DNA from: an uncultured candidate division Zixibacteria bacterium
GTDB lineage: Bacteria > Zixibacteria > MSB-5A5 > RBG-16-43-9
Direction of reading: 5' to 3'
DNA: 64,000 nucleotides
Assembly (NCBI GenBank): GCA_963713865.1
Contig: OY970208.1
Coordinates: forward strand, 2,496,001 to 2,560,000
A program made the translations under genes and the position numbers. The notes beneath the pieces were generated by a model. That model ran no database searches, was not told the DNA's origin, and saw only the letters and a list, made by a program, of their open reading frames with translations. This document shows, in pieces, positions 40,687 through 51,008 of the stretch (position 1 is the first letter of the stretch; every line of letters starts with the position of its first letter).

Positions 40687-43041
40687 CTACTGGTTATTTT
40701 TTAAAACTTTTGGAGATGTGAAAAGTCGATCAATATCTTCCACAGTTAAGTCCAATTTGCTTATTAAATCTGGGTATGCCTTTAAAAAAGTCTCACAAAA
40801 CATATAAACAACTTTCTGCTCAAGGTAAATGGGATGACCGATATAGCTTGACTGAGTTAGTTCCTGGGTTAATTTCCTCTTTCTCGATTTCGGAGCAACA
40901 ATAACTAATCTTTTATCTAATCCAATGTGAGGTTCAACCTCCAAAAGAGAATGAAAACGTTCTAAGGCACTTAAAATAGATGTAGTTTCCTCAACCTCAA
41001 AGGCAAACATAGGGGTATTATCTCTGTAAAACCAGATACAATCTATTTGTTCAATCCTTTTTCCAAGTGCAGGATTTAGGTTTCTAAATGGTAGCTCCTT
41101 CAAATAACTTATCTCCTTAAAAACATTCTCACCTGAAATAATTCTTTCCTTTTTTCCTAAGTGGGGCAAAAATCCCAACTTCTTCCCTAAAACGAGTAGG
41201 CGATAAATCATCTGGTCATGAATTGAGCCTTTAGAAGTTGGAGCTTCCATCATCTCACCCTCTTTTAAATCAAACTCTTGTTGTATAACCAATTCATCCG
41301 GGCGTTTTAATTCCCATAATCTACCATTTCGGGAAACAGCTATTTCTCCTAAGACCTCTAAAATGTCTTTCTTAGGGGGAGGTTGATGACTATTAACTAA
41401 TAATTGAAGCATGGTGGTTACTATTCTATCAAAATCCGCTTTCTTCTCACGCCTTAAAAAGCTAATCATATAGTATCGAATACGGTCTTTTGCATTAATG
41501 TAGTCACCTATCTTTTTCTCATTGGCTTTTTTAATATGCCATCTGTCATCCGGACCAAGAAAGAATTCTTTTACCAAAAGGTCTGTAATATCACCCGTAG
41601 TTTTTAAAGCAACTTTGTCAATTAACTTAGCCTCAAAGAGCTCTGGTACAACCGCCCGCATAATTTCTTCTAAAGTTGCTCCTCCGCTTCTTACAATCTC
41701 TCTTTCAGCAGCATTCAAAATCACTTTAACTGCAGACATTGCTGGAGGTTCAAATGAAGGATACATCCCCTTGGATTTCCGAAAATTAATTATCAGTTGT
41801 TCGCCTAACACTCTGAGAGGATTTTTCTTTTTATGTATGGATGTGGTATGAGTAGGTTGAGATACTGTATTAACATATTCAAAACCAGCATTTTTAGCAC
41901 CATCTCTTATTGCATACCAAAGCCCAGCATCTTTATGATGAAAAACTAAAGATAGCCAAGCATCTTTCTTTAAGACCTTACACATTTCTTCCATTGATTG
42001 TTGTAGTAAGTTCAGATATTCTTCTTTCGTATGCTTTTGATCTCCACCCTCAATTACTTCTAAATCCTTATCTTTCTGGGTAACCTTAAAACCAAGCCAG
42101 GCATCCCACATAGTGGTTAAATCAAGATAGGCAATATGTGCTCCGTAAGGAGGATCTGTATATATGTAGTCAATAGATTTTTCTTTAACAAATTTAGATA
42201 AATTAGTGGTAGATTCAATGAAAGCTTTAAAAGTATCCCCCTCTCTGAAAAAATTACCGATATTCGTATTCGATCCTTCTTTTGCTTTCTTTACACAATA
42301 AAATCTATATTTGAATCTATCCCAAACATCCAGGACAATTCTTTTTTTTGGTTTCCAATATCGATATTGAGCAAAAACACTACTCCCTCCATCCCCTAAT
42401 TTATTCTCACCTCTGGTTGTACTGAGATTATAGGTCAGATTTGCTCTGGCAATTGTTCCAGAGAAAACTAATTTCATTAAATCTCTTATTACCTTGTCTT
42501 TAATACTATTTATCTCCTCCCATAGCTCTGCATATACTATTAACTGCCGTTTATCAAATAGGTGCTCAACCAATTCAAAATCTGAATTGGATGGTAGCAT
42601 TACTCCTTTTGGATACCAGCTTTTTATCTTATATTTTTCAATTTCTTTATCCCTTGTTTTTCTGGCAAATTCGACTTTCTCTCTCATCCTCTTTTCTAAT
42701 CTATTAAAAGCTATTGAAAATTTAGTTAAATCCACAGGAGCAGTACAGGTCTGCCTTGTCAAGAAAATTGCTAATGGTGCAATATCTACATTTATAGTTT
42801 TTCTCCTCAAAGTCAGTGATTCTATAGCAGTAACACCAGTTCCACAGAATGCATCCAGGACAATATCGCCTTTTTTTGAAAAATGTTCTATATAAGCTCT
42901 AACGATGTTAGCTGGTTGTTTAGTAAAATAAGGATGTATTTTGAAATGCCATTGTTTTGCTTTTTCCGGCGGTAATATAGGCTTTTCAATCGGTCTAAAT
43001 TCTTCCACTCTAACCTCTTTATAATTGCTTGAGTTCTTCAA
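40687..43041 (-). CDS. Amino-DNA methyltransferase fused to a C-terminal PD-(D/E)xK-like nuclease domain
   Basis: HPYFTKQ, LDAFCGTG (motif I), YTDPPY (motif IV); C-terminal QIDCIW..AFEVE. Confidence 0.8.
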   Translation of the reverse strand: MKNSSNYKEVRVEEFRPIEKPILPPEKAKQWHFKIHPYFTKQPANIVRAYIEHFSKKGDIVLDAFCGTGVTAIESLTLRRKTINVDIAPLAIFLTRQTCTAPVDLTKFSIAFNRLEKRMREKVEFARKTRDKEIEKYKIKSWYPKGVMLPSNSDFELVEHLFDKRQLIVYAELWEEINSIKDKVIRDLMKLVFSGTIARANLTYNLSTTRGENKLGDGGSSVFAQYRYWKPKKRIVLDVWDRFKYRFYCVKKAKEGSNTNIGNFFREGDTFKAFIESTTNLSKFVKEKSIDYIYTDPPYGAHIAYLDLTTMWDAWLGFKVTQKDKDLEVIEGGDQKHTKEEYLNLLQQSMEEMCKVLKKDAWLSLVFHHKDAGLWYAIRDGAKNAGFEYVNTVSQPTHTTSIHKKKNPLRVLGEQLIINFRKSKGMYPSFEPPAMSAVKVILNAAEREIVRSGGATLEEIMRAVVPELFEAKLIDKVALKTTGDITDLLVKEFFLGPDDRWHIKKANEKKIGDYINAKDRIRYYMISFLRREKKADFDRIVTTMLQLLVNSHQPPPKKDILEVLGEIAVSRNGRLWELKRPDELVIQQEFDLKEGEMMEAPTSKGSIHDQMIYRLLVLGKKLGFLPHLGKKERIISGENVFKEISYLKELPFRNLNPALGKRIEQIDCIWFYRDNTPMFAFEVEETTSILSALERFHSLLEVEPHIGLDKRLVIVAPKSRKRKLTQELTQSSYIGHPIYLEQKVVYMFCETFLKAYPDLISKLDLTVEDIDRLFTSPKVLKNNQ

Positions 43042-44950
43042 TCATAAAATATCCAACTGAGTCGAAGGGGTTTTTTCTTTTATCTTGATCATCTGTTTAA
43101 CTGCCTTAGCTATTCCTTCCTTATCCAGCCCCAATAGATTTAAAAGCTCTTTCCGGCTTCCGTGCTCGATAAACTTATCCGGGATCCCTAATCTTTTCAG
43201 GTCTATTTTCTGAATCCCTTTCTCAAAGATAAACTCAGCTATTGAACTACCGAAGCCACCGGAAAGAACGTTCTCCTCAATCGTCAGAACTTTATCAAAC
43301 CCTTTGAGAGAAGACAAAAGAAGCTTTTCATCTAAAGGTTTTATGATCCGGCAGTTGATAACTTCTGCTTCTATACCTTCCGTGGAAAGCTCGAAAGCCG
43401 CATCTATGGCGGGATAGACCATTGAGCCTACTGCTAAGATCAAAAGGTCCTTCCCTTTCCTCAGGATCTCCCATTTATCTAAAGGCAGGAGATTAAACTC
43501 CTGTTTGATCTCTTTATCTGGAATGGCAGTTCGCGGATAACGGATTGCAACTGGAGATTTCCCCCAGTTTACTGCGGTATATAACATATCTTTTAATTCA
43601 TTTCCATCCTTGGGTGCCATTACAACAATATTTGGTATCTGCCTTAAATAGGAAAGATCAAAGGCTCCATGATGAGTGGGCCCATCCTCACCTACTAAAC
43701 CAGCTCTATCAATGGCTAATATAACCGGAAGGTTCTGCAAAGCCATATCGTGGATCATCTGATCAAAAGCCCTCTGTAGAAAAGTGGAATAAACTGCAAA
43801 AACCGGCTTCAAGCCTGACACGGCTAAGCCGCAGGCAAATGTGGTCCCGTGCTGTTCTGCAATCCCTACATCGTAAAATCTCCTGGGAAATTTTAAAGAG
43901 AAATCCAGGAGTCCGGTGCCCCAAACACATAGCTGCGGTGATAACCACCAGCTCCTGGTCCATCTCTGCTAATTTAACCATGGTCTGACCAAAAATATCC
44001 GTATAAGCTTTTTTACCGACAGCATTCGATTTTCCGGTCACCTTGTCAAACTTACCTATCCCGTGAAATTTAGGAGCATCCTCCTCCGCGAATTTATATC
44101 CTTTCCCCTTTTGAGTCAAAATATGTAAAAGCTTAGGTCCCTTAAAATTCTTGAGATGTTCCAAGGTTTTTATAAGTTGATTTATATCGTGGCCATCTAT
44201 TGGACCAAAATACCTGAAACCTAATTTCTCGAAGATTATCCCCGGCACTAAGAACCCTTTTATACTTTCCTCTGCCTGGGCCACCATAGCCCTAATCTTA
44301 TCCCTTCTTTTAAACCTGCCCACCATCTCCCAGATCTCAGCTTTGAGCTTATTATATTTCTCATCTGTCAAAAGGTCTGTCAGGTATTTGGAAACAGCTC
44401 CAACATTTTTAGAGATGGACATGGCGTTATCATTCAAGACCACTAAAAGGTCTTTCCCCTGCGAACCTGTATTATTCAGTCCCTCAAAGGAGATCCCCCC
44501 GCTTAATGCTCCATCTCCAATAACCGCTATAATTCTATAATCTTCACCTTTCTGGTCACGGGCACAAGCCATCCCTAAAGCAGCGGAAATAGAAGTTGAT
44601 GCATGCCCGGCTCCAAAGGAGTCATATTCGCTTTCTATCCTTTTGGTGAATCCACTTATACCCTGATACTGCCTCAAGCTCTCGAATCTATCTTTCCTTC
44701 CAGTTAAAAGCTTATGGGTATAACATTGATGGCTCACGTCCCAGATGAGCTTGTCCCTGGGCAGATCGAAAACGTAATGCAGAGCCAAGGTTAGCTCCAC
44801 CACTCCCAAGTTTGAAGCCAAGTGCCCGCCGGTTTTGGATACTACAGTGATAATTTTTTCCCTGACCTCCTGGGCTAATTGAGGGAGCTTTTCCAGGGGG
44901 ATTTTTTTAAGATCAGCCGGTGAGTTAATTTTATCTAAAAGGCTTTCCAT
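43042..44950 (-). CDS. dxs: 1-deoxy-D-xylulose-5-phosphate synthase, split by a 1-nt insertion near 43920 (probable sequencing error)
   Basis: GGHLASNLG, GHASTSIS, GDGAL; removing one G restores AMCLGTGL...DVGIAEQH. Confidence 0.94.
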
Positions 44951-45123
44951 CTTTTATCCTATTGATATTACTTAAGATTTTCAAAAGAACTTTGAAAAAA
45001 CGTTGTACTTGACTATTCCATCGCTGATGGATACGATGATGAATTGGTATCCGTAGCGTTCTCACTCTTGTGAGGACGTTCGTTGCCACAGGAGTGGCAA
45101 CGCTACTTTAACCGTACTCCAAT

Positions 45124-46020
45124 CTACTCAATCCTTTCATAAATATAATCAGCCAACTTCTCAAAAATCCAGCTTTTCTGTCTTAATATTTTCAACTTTT
45201 CTTTAGACTGTTTTAAAAGATTCTTTGCTAAAATTTTTGATTTCTCTAATCCTACAACTTCAGGATAAGTTGCCTTTGAATTAGCTTTGTCCGAGCCCCT
45301 TTTCTTCCCGATCTCCTCCTCTTTGCCCACCACATCCAGGATATCATCCACAATCTGAAAAGCCAATCCAAATCTCTCCGCATAATAAGTAAGAGCCAGA
45401 AGAGTCTTTTTATCTGACCCTCCCAGGATCGCCCCTGCCCTGATAGATGCCCTTAATAGTTTTCCGGTCTTATGAGTATGGATGTATTCCACTTGTTTTA
45501 AAGAGACTTTCTTACCTTCAGCTTCCAAGTCTTTAACTTGTCCACCGATCATCCCCTCTGTCCCTATAGCTTTAGCCACTTCTAAGACTACTTGAGGATT
45601 CCCCGCTTTCAGTAAAAGCTCAAAGGCTAAAGCATGCAAAGCATCCCCGGCTAAGACCGCCATCCCCTCACCATAGACTTTATGCAGGGTAGGTTTCCCC
45701 CTTCTCAGATCATCATTATCCATACATGGCAGATCATCGTGGATTAAGGAATAAGTATGGATCATTTCTAAGGCACAAGCAACCGGAAGAATTTTTTTAC
45801 CCTTCCCACCAACTGATTCATAAGAGGCAATGGCTAAAATTGGACGCAGCCTTTTCCCTCCAGCGAAAACCGAATAGCGCATCGCCTTATGCAAGCTTTT
45901 GGGCTCAACCTTTTCCTCCGGAAGAAAACTATCCAGCGCCCGTTCTATGATAGCTCTTTTCTTTTGCAGATATTCTTTGAAATCCTCTTTTCTATTTATT
46001 TCCACCATCTCTCTTTTCAT
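45124..46020 (-). CDS. ispA: Farnesyl diphosphate synthase / polyprenyl synthetase
   Basis: GGKRLRP, SLIHDDLPCMDNDDLRRG, FQIVDDILD. Confidence 0.93.
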   Translation of the reverse strand: MKREMVEINRKEDFKEYLQKKRAIIERALDSFLPEEKVEPKSLHKAMRYSVFAGGKRLRPILAIASYESVGGKGKKILPVACALEMIHTYSLIHDDLPCMDNDDLRRGKPTLHKVYGEGMAVLAGDALHALAFELLLKAGNPQVVLEVAKAIGTEGMIGGQVKDLEAEGKKVSLKQVEYIHTHKTGKLLRASIRAGAILGGSDKKTLLALTYYAERFGLAFQIVDDILDVVGKEEEIGKKRGSDKANSKATYPEVVGLEKSKILAKNLLKQSKEKLKILRQKSWIFEKLADYIYERIE

Positions 46021-46065
46021 ATCTTTAATCTTACGTCTTACATCTTACGCTTCACTTCTTGCTCC

Positions 46066-46314
46066 TTACTCCTCCTCTTCTTCTTTTTCCTCTGCTTCCA
46101 GGGGCTCCGTTTTGAACTCTTTCTCACCTGACTTAATCAATTTCTCAACTTTACTCTCCGCTTCAGAGAGTTTCTTGGTACATAGGCGGGAAAGTTCAAT
46201 CCCTTCCTCGAAAAGTTTAAGAGACTCATCCAGAGACAACTCCCCCATCTCCAGTCTCTGAACGATCTCCTCTAATCTTTTCAATGCGCTCTCAAAGCTA
46301 TTTTTCTTTGACAT
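46066..46314 (-). CDS. xseB: Exodeoxyribonuclease VII small subunit
   Basis: [29 protein letters not shown]. Confidence 0.95.
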   Translation of the reverse strand: MSKKNSFESALKRLEEIVQRLEMGELSLDESLKLFEEGIELSRLCTKKLSEAESKVEKLIKSGEKEFKTEPLEAEEKEEEEE

Positions 46315-46470
46315 AACAGTTTAATATATATGGAAGATATTTACTTGCAAATAGTTTTATTGTTAATTAACCCACCTTGGGGGCAAGGTGGGATTACCAA
46401 CAAAGTCACATATCTCGTATACTCACAGCTTGCCCGTATTGGTTGTCCTGAACGTGGATATTCACGTTAA

Positions 46471-47670
46471 TTATTCTTCTATTTTCTTGACTTCTGCCTC
46501 TATCTTTCCTTTAAAGAATTTTATCTCGACTCGATTTTTTAACTGTAGAGTTTCCGCATCTCTTATGATCTCCATCCCTGGTAGCTTTCTGGTCAGGGAA
46601 AACCCTCTTTCCAAAACTGCCAGAGGGGAAAGGGCATTTAATTTTCCCAGGATTAAAGATAAACTTTTCTTTTTGAATTCAAAATAGTTTTTTATCTCCT
46701 TTAAAAGTCCTTTCAAAAGCTCGTCTGCTCTTTGAGCCTTCTGGGAAATTAAATCAACCGTTTTTTTAAACCCATAGCTTTCCTTAGCTAAGATTATTCT
46801 GGACTTATAATCATCTATTATGAACCTCTGGGTTGTGATCAAGGTTTTGAACAAATTTTTTACCTCACTTATAACTTCAGCTCTGTTTTTAACTGCCAGC
46901 TCAGCTGCAGCTGATGGTGTAGGGGCTCTTAAATCAGCTACGAAATCTGCAATGGTAAAATCCACCTCATGACCGACTGCGGAGATGATAGGAATTTTAG
47001 AATTGTAAATTGCCCGGGCAACGATTTCCTCATTGAAAGCCCACAAATCCTCCAGTGAGCCGCCGCCTCTTCCCACAATTAAAAGATCAGCCTTTTTATA
47101 TTCATTGAAATCCTTAATCGCCTGTGAAATTTCATCTGCCGCACCTTCACCCTGAACCCTGACCGGATACAAGATAATTTTCACACCGGGTGCTCTGCGG
47201 TGAATGATTTTTATAATATCCCGGATAGCCGCACCAGTTGGCGAGGTAACAACTCCAATTATCTCAGGATATTCCGGGATTGGTTTTTTATGATCCTCAT
47301 CGAATAAACCTTCGTTATATAATTTTTCCTTCAACTGTTGAAAGGCTAATTCAAGCTCTCCAATCCCGACTGGATGAAGCCGGATAACATTCAGTTGATA
47401 TTGACCGCTTTTCTCATAGACCGTTATACTCCCTAAGGCGAAAACCTTCATCCCATCCTGCGGCTCAAAGACAAGCCTTTTCCCCTCCCAGCGAAAAAGG
47501 ACACACCTGATCTGAGCATTTTCATCTTTCAGGGAGAAATATCTGTGACCGGAAGAATGCAGAGTATAATTGGAGATTTCCCCTTCTACCCACAGGATAG
47601 GAAAACTCTGTTCCATGAGATTTTTAATCTCCCTGGTTATCTCCGAGACTTTGTAGATTTTAGCCTGCAT
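46471..47670 (-). CDS. xseA: Exodeoxyribonuclease VII large subunit
   Basis: WVEGEISN, SGHRYFSLKD, RGGGSLEDLWAFN, GHEVD, PTPSAAAE. Confidence 0.96.
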   Translation of the reverse strand: MQAKIYKVSEITREIKNLMEQSFPILWVEGEISNYTLHSSGHRYFSLKDENAQIRCVLFRWEGKRLVFEPQDGMKVFALGSITVYEKSGQYQLNVIRLHPVGIGELELAFQQLKEKLYNEGLFDEDHKKPIPEYPEIIGVVTSPTGAAIRDIIKIIHRRAPGVKIILYPVRVQGEGAADEISQAIKDFNEYKKADLLIVGRGGGSLEDLWAFNEEIVARAIYNSKIPIISAVGHEVDFTIADFVADLRAPTPSAAAELAVKNRAEVISEVKNLFKTLITTQRFIIDDYKSRIILAKESYGFKKTVDLISQKAQRADELLKGLLKEIKNYFEFKKKSLSLILGKLNALSPLAVLERGFSLTRKLPGMEIIRDAETLQLKNRVEIKFFKGKIEAEVKKIEE

Positions 47671-47763
47671 ATATTTGATTTTCGTAGTGCTTTTCGTAGT
47701 GCGACCCTTTTCCTGATAACGGAGACTACGTCTGGCGTAGCCACCGTAGGACAGGGTCGCTTT

Positions 47764-47903
47764 TGTCATTCTGAGTCCCGCTTTTAGCGGGACGAAGAAT
47801 CTATAGATTCTTCAGTCGCCTCGCCAAATGCGGACTCCTTCAGAATGACAGATAATACAATCCGCTTTAAAAATCAGCTTAATCCGCTCCATCAGCTGTG
47901 AAT
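47764..47903. repeat. Direct repeat copy 1 flanking the TPR gene
   Basis: GTCATTCTGAG...CAGAATGAC palindrome plus about 55 bp non-palindromic tail, matching 49277-49407. Confidence 0.9.
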
Positions 47904-47907
47904 ATAT

Positions 47908-49173
47908 TTACTCCACCAACCTTTTAAAATCCTCATCCTCCCACAGATTCTTGAAAGACTCATCCTTTTTTGCTTTTTTCTTATATTTAGGGTCAAGCTC
48001 AATAGCTTTCTTGAGATTTTCTAATGCTTCTTTTTTCTTATTTTGTAAGGAATAAACACAAGCTATACTATACCAAACACTTCCATCATTCGGCTCTATA
48101 TCTAATGCCTCCTTACACTTCTCTATCGCCTTCTCGTATGTACCTAATCGACATAAAGCTACACCCCAACTAAAATAAGCCTTTGCATAATCCTGCCTTA
48201 GTGTTATAGCCTTCTTAAACTTTTCTATAGCATCCTTATCACTGCCTAAGTCTCCTAAAGCTAAGCCCCAGTTTAAATGAGCTTCTGGCATATCTGGTTT
48301 CAGTTCCACTGCTTTCTTTAACTTATCTATAGCTTCCTTAGGCTTACCTAAGTCTCTTAAAGCTAATCCCCAGTTATTATAAGAACCTGCATCATCACAT
48401 TTGAACTCTATCGCCTTTTTATATTTTTCAATTGCATCCTCAAACCTACCTAACTTTCCTAATACAACACCCCAACTGAAATAGGCAGTGTAGTCATTAG
48501 GATTTAGCTTTATAACTTTTTTGAGTTCACCTATAGACTCATCATATTTTTTCTCAATATAATAGTTATAAGCCATCGTGTAATAAACCTCTTCATCAAA
48601 AATCTTATTCATTATTCTTTCATAATCTTCTATCGCTGTTTTGGAATCCTTTTTTACCAACCCAGAAACATCTTTTGAAAAATCAGGAGGAATATCTTTT
48701 TGTTGTTCCTTGATAATCTCCTTGAATTTTTTTATTTCGGCAACCTCCCTTTCTGCAACTTGTCGGCTTCCTTTTAACTCTTCACATATTTCTTTAATAT
48801 CTTTCTTATATTCCTTTACTCTTTCTAAATCTTCTTCAAAACCTCTTTTAAGTTCTGCTTTTGTTTCCTTATAGTCTGCTTTTATTTCCCTAATTCTCAG
48901 AACTCCAAAAATACCTACTGCTATAGCAATTAAAGTCACAAGGATAATCACTAAAGTTGAAATAAAGATGCTCTTGTTTGCTCCTTCAATCGCCTTTTCA
49001 TAACTTTCTTTTTTGACTTCCTCAAATCCCATTTTAAGAGTATCATTCTGAGCTTTCAGTTTCAAAATCTCTTGAGCAACCTGAGAAGTATCCTTAGAAA
49101 TAGTTTGAGCACTAACCGAAACCGAGGATAAAAGAATTAAACTCAAGACCCAGATAAAAATAATTTTTTTCAT
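47908..49173 (-). CDS. Membrane-anchored tetratricopeptide repeat protein
   Basis: Signal peptide, TM, coiled coil, about six TPRs, TPR-end motif (YSIACVYSL...KDESF). Confidence 0.9.
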   Translation of the reverse strand: MKKIIFIWVLSLILLSSVSVSAQTISKDTSQVAQEILKLKAQNDTLKMGFEEVKKESYEKAIEGANKSIFISTLVIILVTLIAIAVGIFGVLRIREIKADYKETKAELKRGFEEDLERVKEYKKDIKEICEELKGSRQVAEREVAEIKKFKEIIKEQQKDIPPDFSKDVSGLVKKDSKTAIEDYERIMNKIFDEEVYYTMAYNYYIEKKYDESIGELKKVIKLNPNDYTAYFSWGVVLGKLGRFEDAIEKYKKAIEFKCDDAGSYNNWGLALRDLGKPKEAIDKLKKAVELKPDMPEAHLNWGLALGDLGSDKDAIEKFKKAITLRQDYAKAYFSWGVALCRLGTYEKAIEKCKEALDIEPNDGSVWYSIACVYSLQNKKKEALENLKKAIELDPKYKKKAKKDESFKNLWEDEDFKRLVE

Positions 49174-49276
49174 AAGCCCTTTTTAGTTAGAGTTTTTAGT
49201 TATCATTTACGTGGCAGTTAGGTTCCCTGACCTGACTGCATTTTTACCCTTTCTTTTCCACTACATTCTACTCTCC

Positions 49277-49407
49277 TGTCATTCTGAGTCCCGCTTTTAG
49301 CGGGACGAAGAATCTGTACAGATTCTTCAGTCGCTACGCTCCTTCAGAATGACAGATAATACAATCCGTTTCAAAAATCAGCTTCTTCCATTCTATCAGC
49401 TGTGAAT
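49277..49407. repeat. Direct repeat copy 2 flanking the TPR gene
   Basis: Matches 47764-47903. Confidence 0.9.
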
Positions 49408-49776
49408 TCATTCATCTCCCCTATCCTTATAAATCAGGAAACTACAAAATTTTATAACCAGTTGAAATAAATAATATGCACCAGCAGAAGAATTGTCAAT
49501 CAATATAATCAAAAAAGAAATGACGGATGACGGATAAAAAAATGCAGGGGCTGGGTTACCCAAGCCCTGCATTACGTCATTGCGAGGAGGTCAGCCTTTG
49601 GCGGACGACGAAGTCCCGCTTAAAGCGGGACTTCGTCCCTTACGGGGACTCGCAAAGACAATCACAAGTAGAAATTAATCCGGTAAACCCATCTTGCCCT
49701 CAAGATGGTTTATTCTTACTGATTACAGATTCTTCCCCCGCCAACGGCGGGGTCAGAATGACAATTAAGTGATCCT

Positions 49777-50952
49777 CTACACTACCTCTAAGATCGCGCA
49801 TTTCAGATATTCCGTCTCCGGCATAGACAAAAGGATCGGATGGTCCTTTGCCTGGGTGCGAAATTCGATCAGGCGAAGATTTTTATGGGCATCTTTCGCG
49901 GATGATTTAATCATCTCCATAAAAAGATCCCTGGATAGATTATGAGAACAGGAACAGGTAATCAAAACACCCCCTTTATCCAAAAGCTTCAAAGCCTGAA
50001 GATTAATCTCCTTATAACCTTTTAATCCTTCAACTAGTTTACTTTTGCTTTTCACAAAAGCAGGAGGGTCAAGGATAACCATATCGAATTTTTCACCCTT
50101 TTGAACCAGCCCTCTTAAGATTTCAAATGCATCCCCCTTCACAAAAGTGCAGAGCTTTTCCACTTCATTCAGTTTCGCATTTTTCTGAGCAAGCTCTAAA
50201 CTTTTACCTGAACTATCAACTCCCAAAACCCCCTTTGCTCCATTCCTGGCTGAAGCTATACCCCAGGCGCCAGTGTAGCAGAAACAGTCCAAGACCTTTT
50301 TATTTTTAGCATAGATAGCCCCAAGTAGTCTATTTTCCTTCTGGTCAAAGAAAAAACCGGTCTTCTGTCCCTCTTTCAAATCTACAAAATATTTCAACCC
50401 GAACTCCTCGATCAGGGCAGGATTCTCAATGTCCCCTTTCAAAATCTTCACGCCCTGAACCAGTCCCTCTAATTCCCGGAAGGAGGTATCGTTTCGTAAA
50501 ACTATCCGTGCGGGAGAGAATAAATTTTCACAAGCTTGAATCAAGTCCTGCCCAAATCTTTCCATCCCTGAGGTTAAAATCTGCAGGACTAAATTTTTCT
50601 CATATTTATCTATGACCAATCCAGGGAGAAAATCACCTTCAGAATAGACCACCCGGTAAGAGGAAAGCTGGGGATAAATCCTCTGCCTGTATTTCAAAGC
50701 CTGTTCCATCCGTTTGAAAAAGAAACCCTGGTCTATTGTTTCATCTTTATCGCAGCTCAGAACTCTTACCGCAATCAAAGAATGGCGATTATAATAACCT
50801 TTGGCTAAAAAATTCCCCTTGAAATCCTCAAGCTCTACTATCTCCCCTTCCCCTTTTGCCTCTGAAGACTCATCTATCTCATTGGAGAAGATCCACAGAT
50901 GCCCCTCTTTAATTCTTTTGTCCTCATTCTTTTTTAATCTAATCTTGTCCAA
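49777..50952 (-). CDS. RlmI-like class I SAM-dependent rRNA methyltransferase
   Basis: PUA-like GHLWIFSNE, GQKTGFFFDQ, LDCFCYTG, ILDPPAF, TCSCS, ETEYLK. Confidence 0.9.
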   Translation of the reverse strand: MDKIRLKKNEDKRIKEGHLWIFSNEIDESSEAKGEGEIVELEDFKGNFLAKGYYNRHSLIAVRVLSCDKDETIDQGFFFKRMEQALKYRQRIYPQLSSYRVVYSEGDFLPGLVIDKYEKNLVLQILTSGMERFGQDLIQACENLFSPARIVLRNDTSFRELEGLVQGVKILKGDIENPALIEEFGLKYFVDLKEGQKTGFFFDQKENRLLGAIYAKNKKVLDCFCYTGAWGIASARNGAKGVLGVDSSGKSLELAQKNAKLNEVEKLCTFVKGDAFEILRGLVQKGEKFDMVILDPPAFVKSKSKLVEGLKGYKEINLQALKLLDKGGVLITCSCSHNLSRDLFMEMIKSSAKDAHKNLRLIEFRTQAKDHPILLSMPETEYLKCAILEVV

Positions 50953-51008
50953 AATATTTTCCTTATATTCTTTGTCTTTGTAGGGACAGAATATTATTCT
51001 GTCCTACC

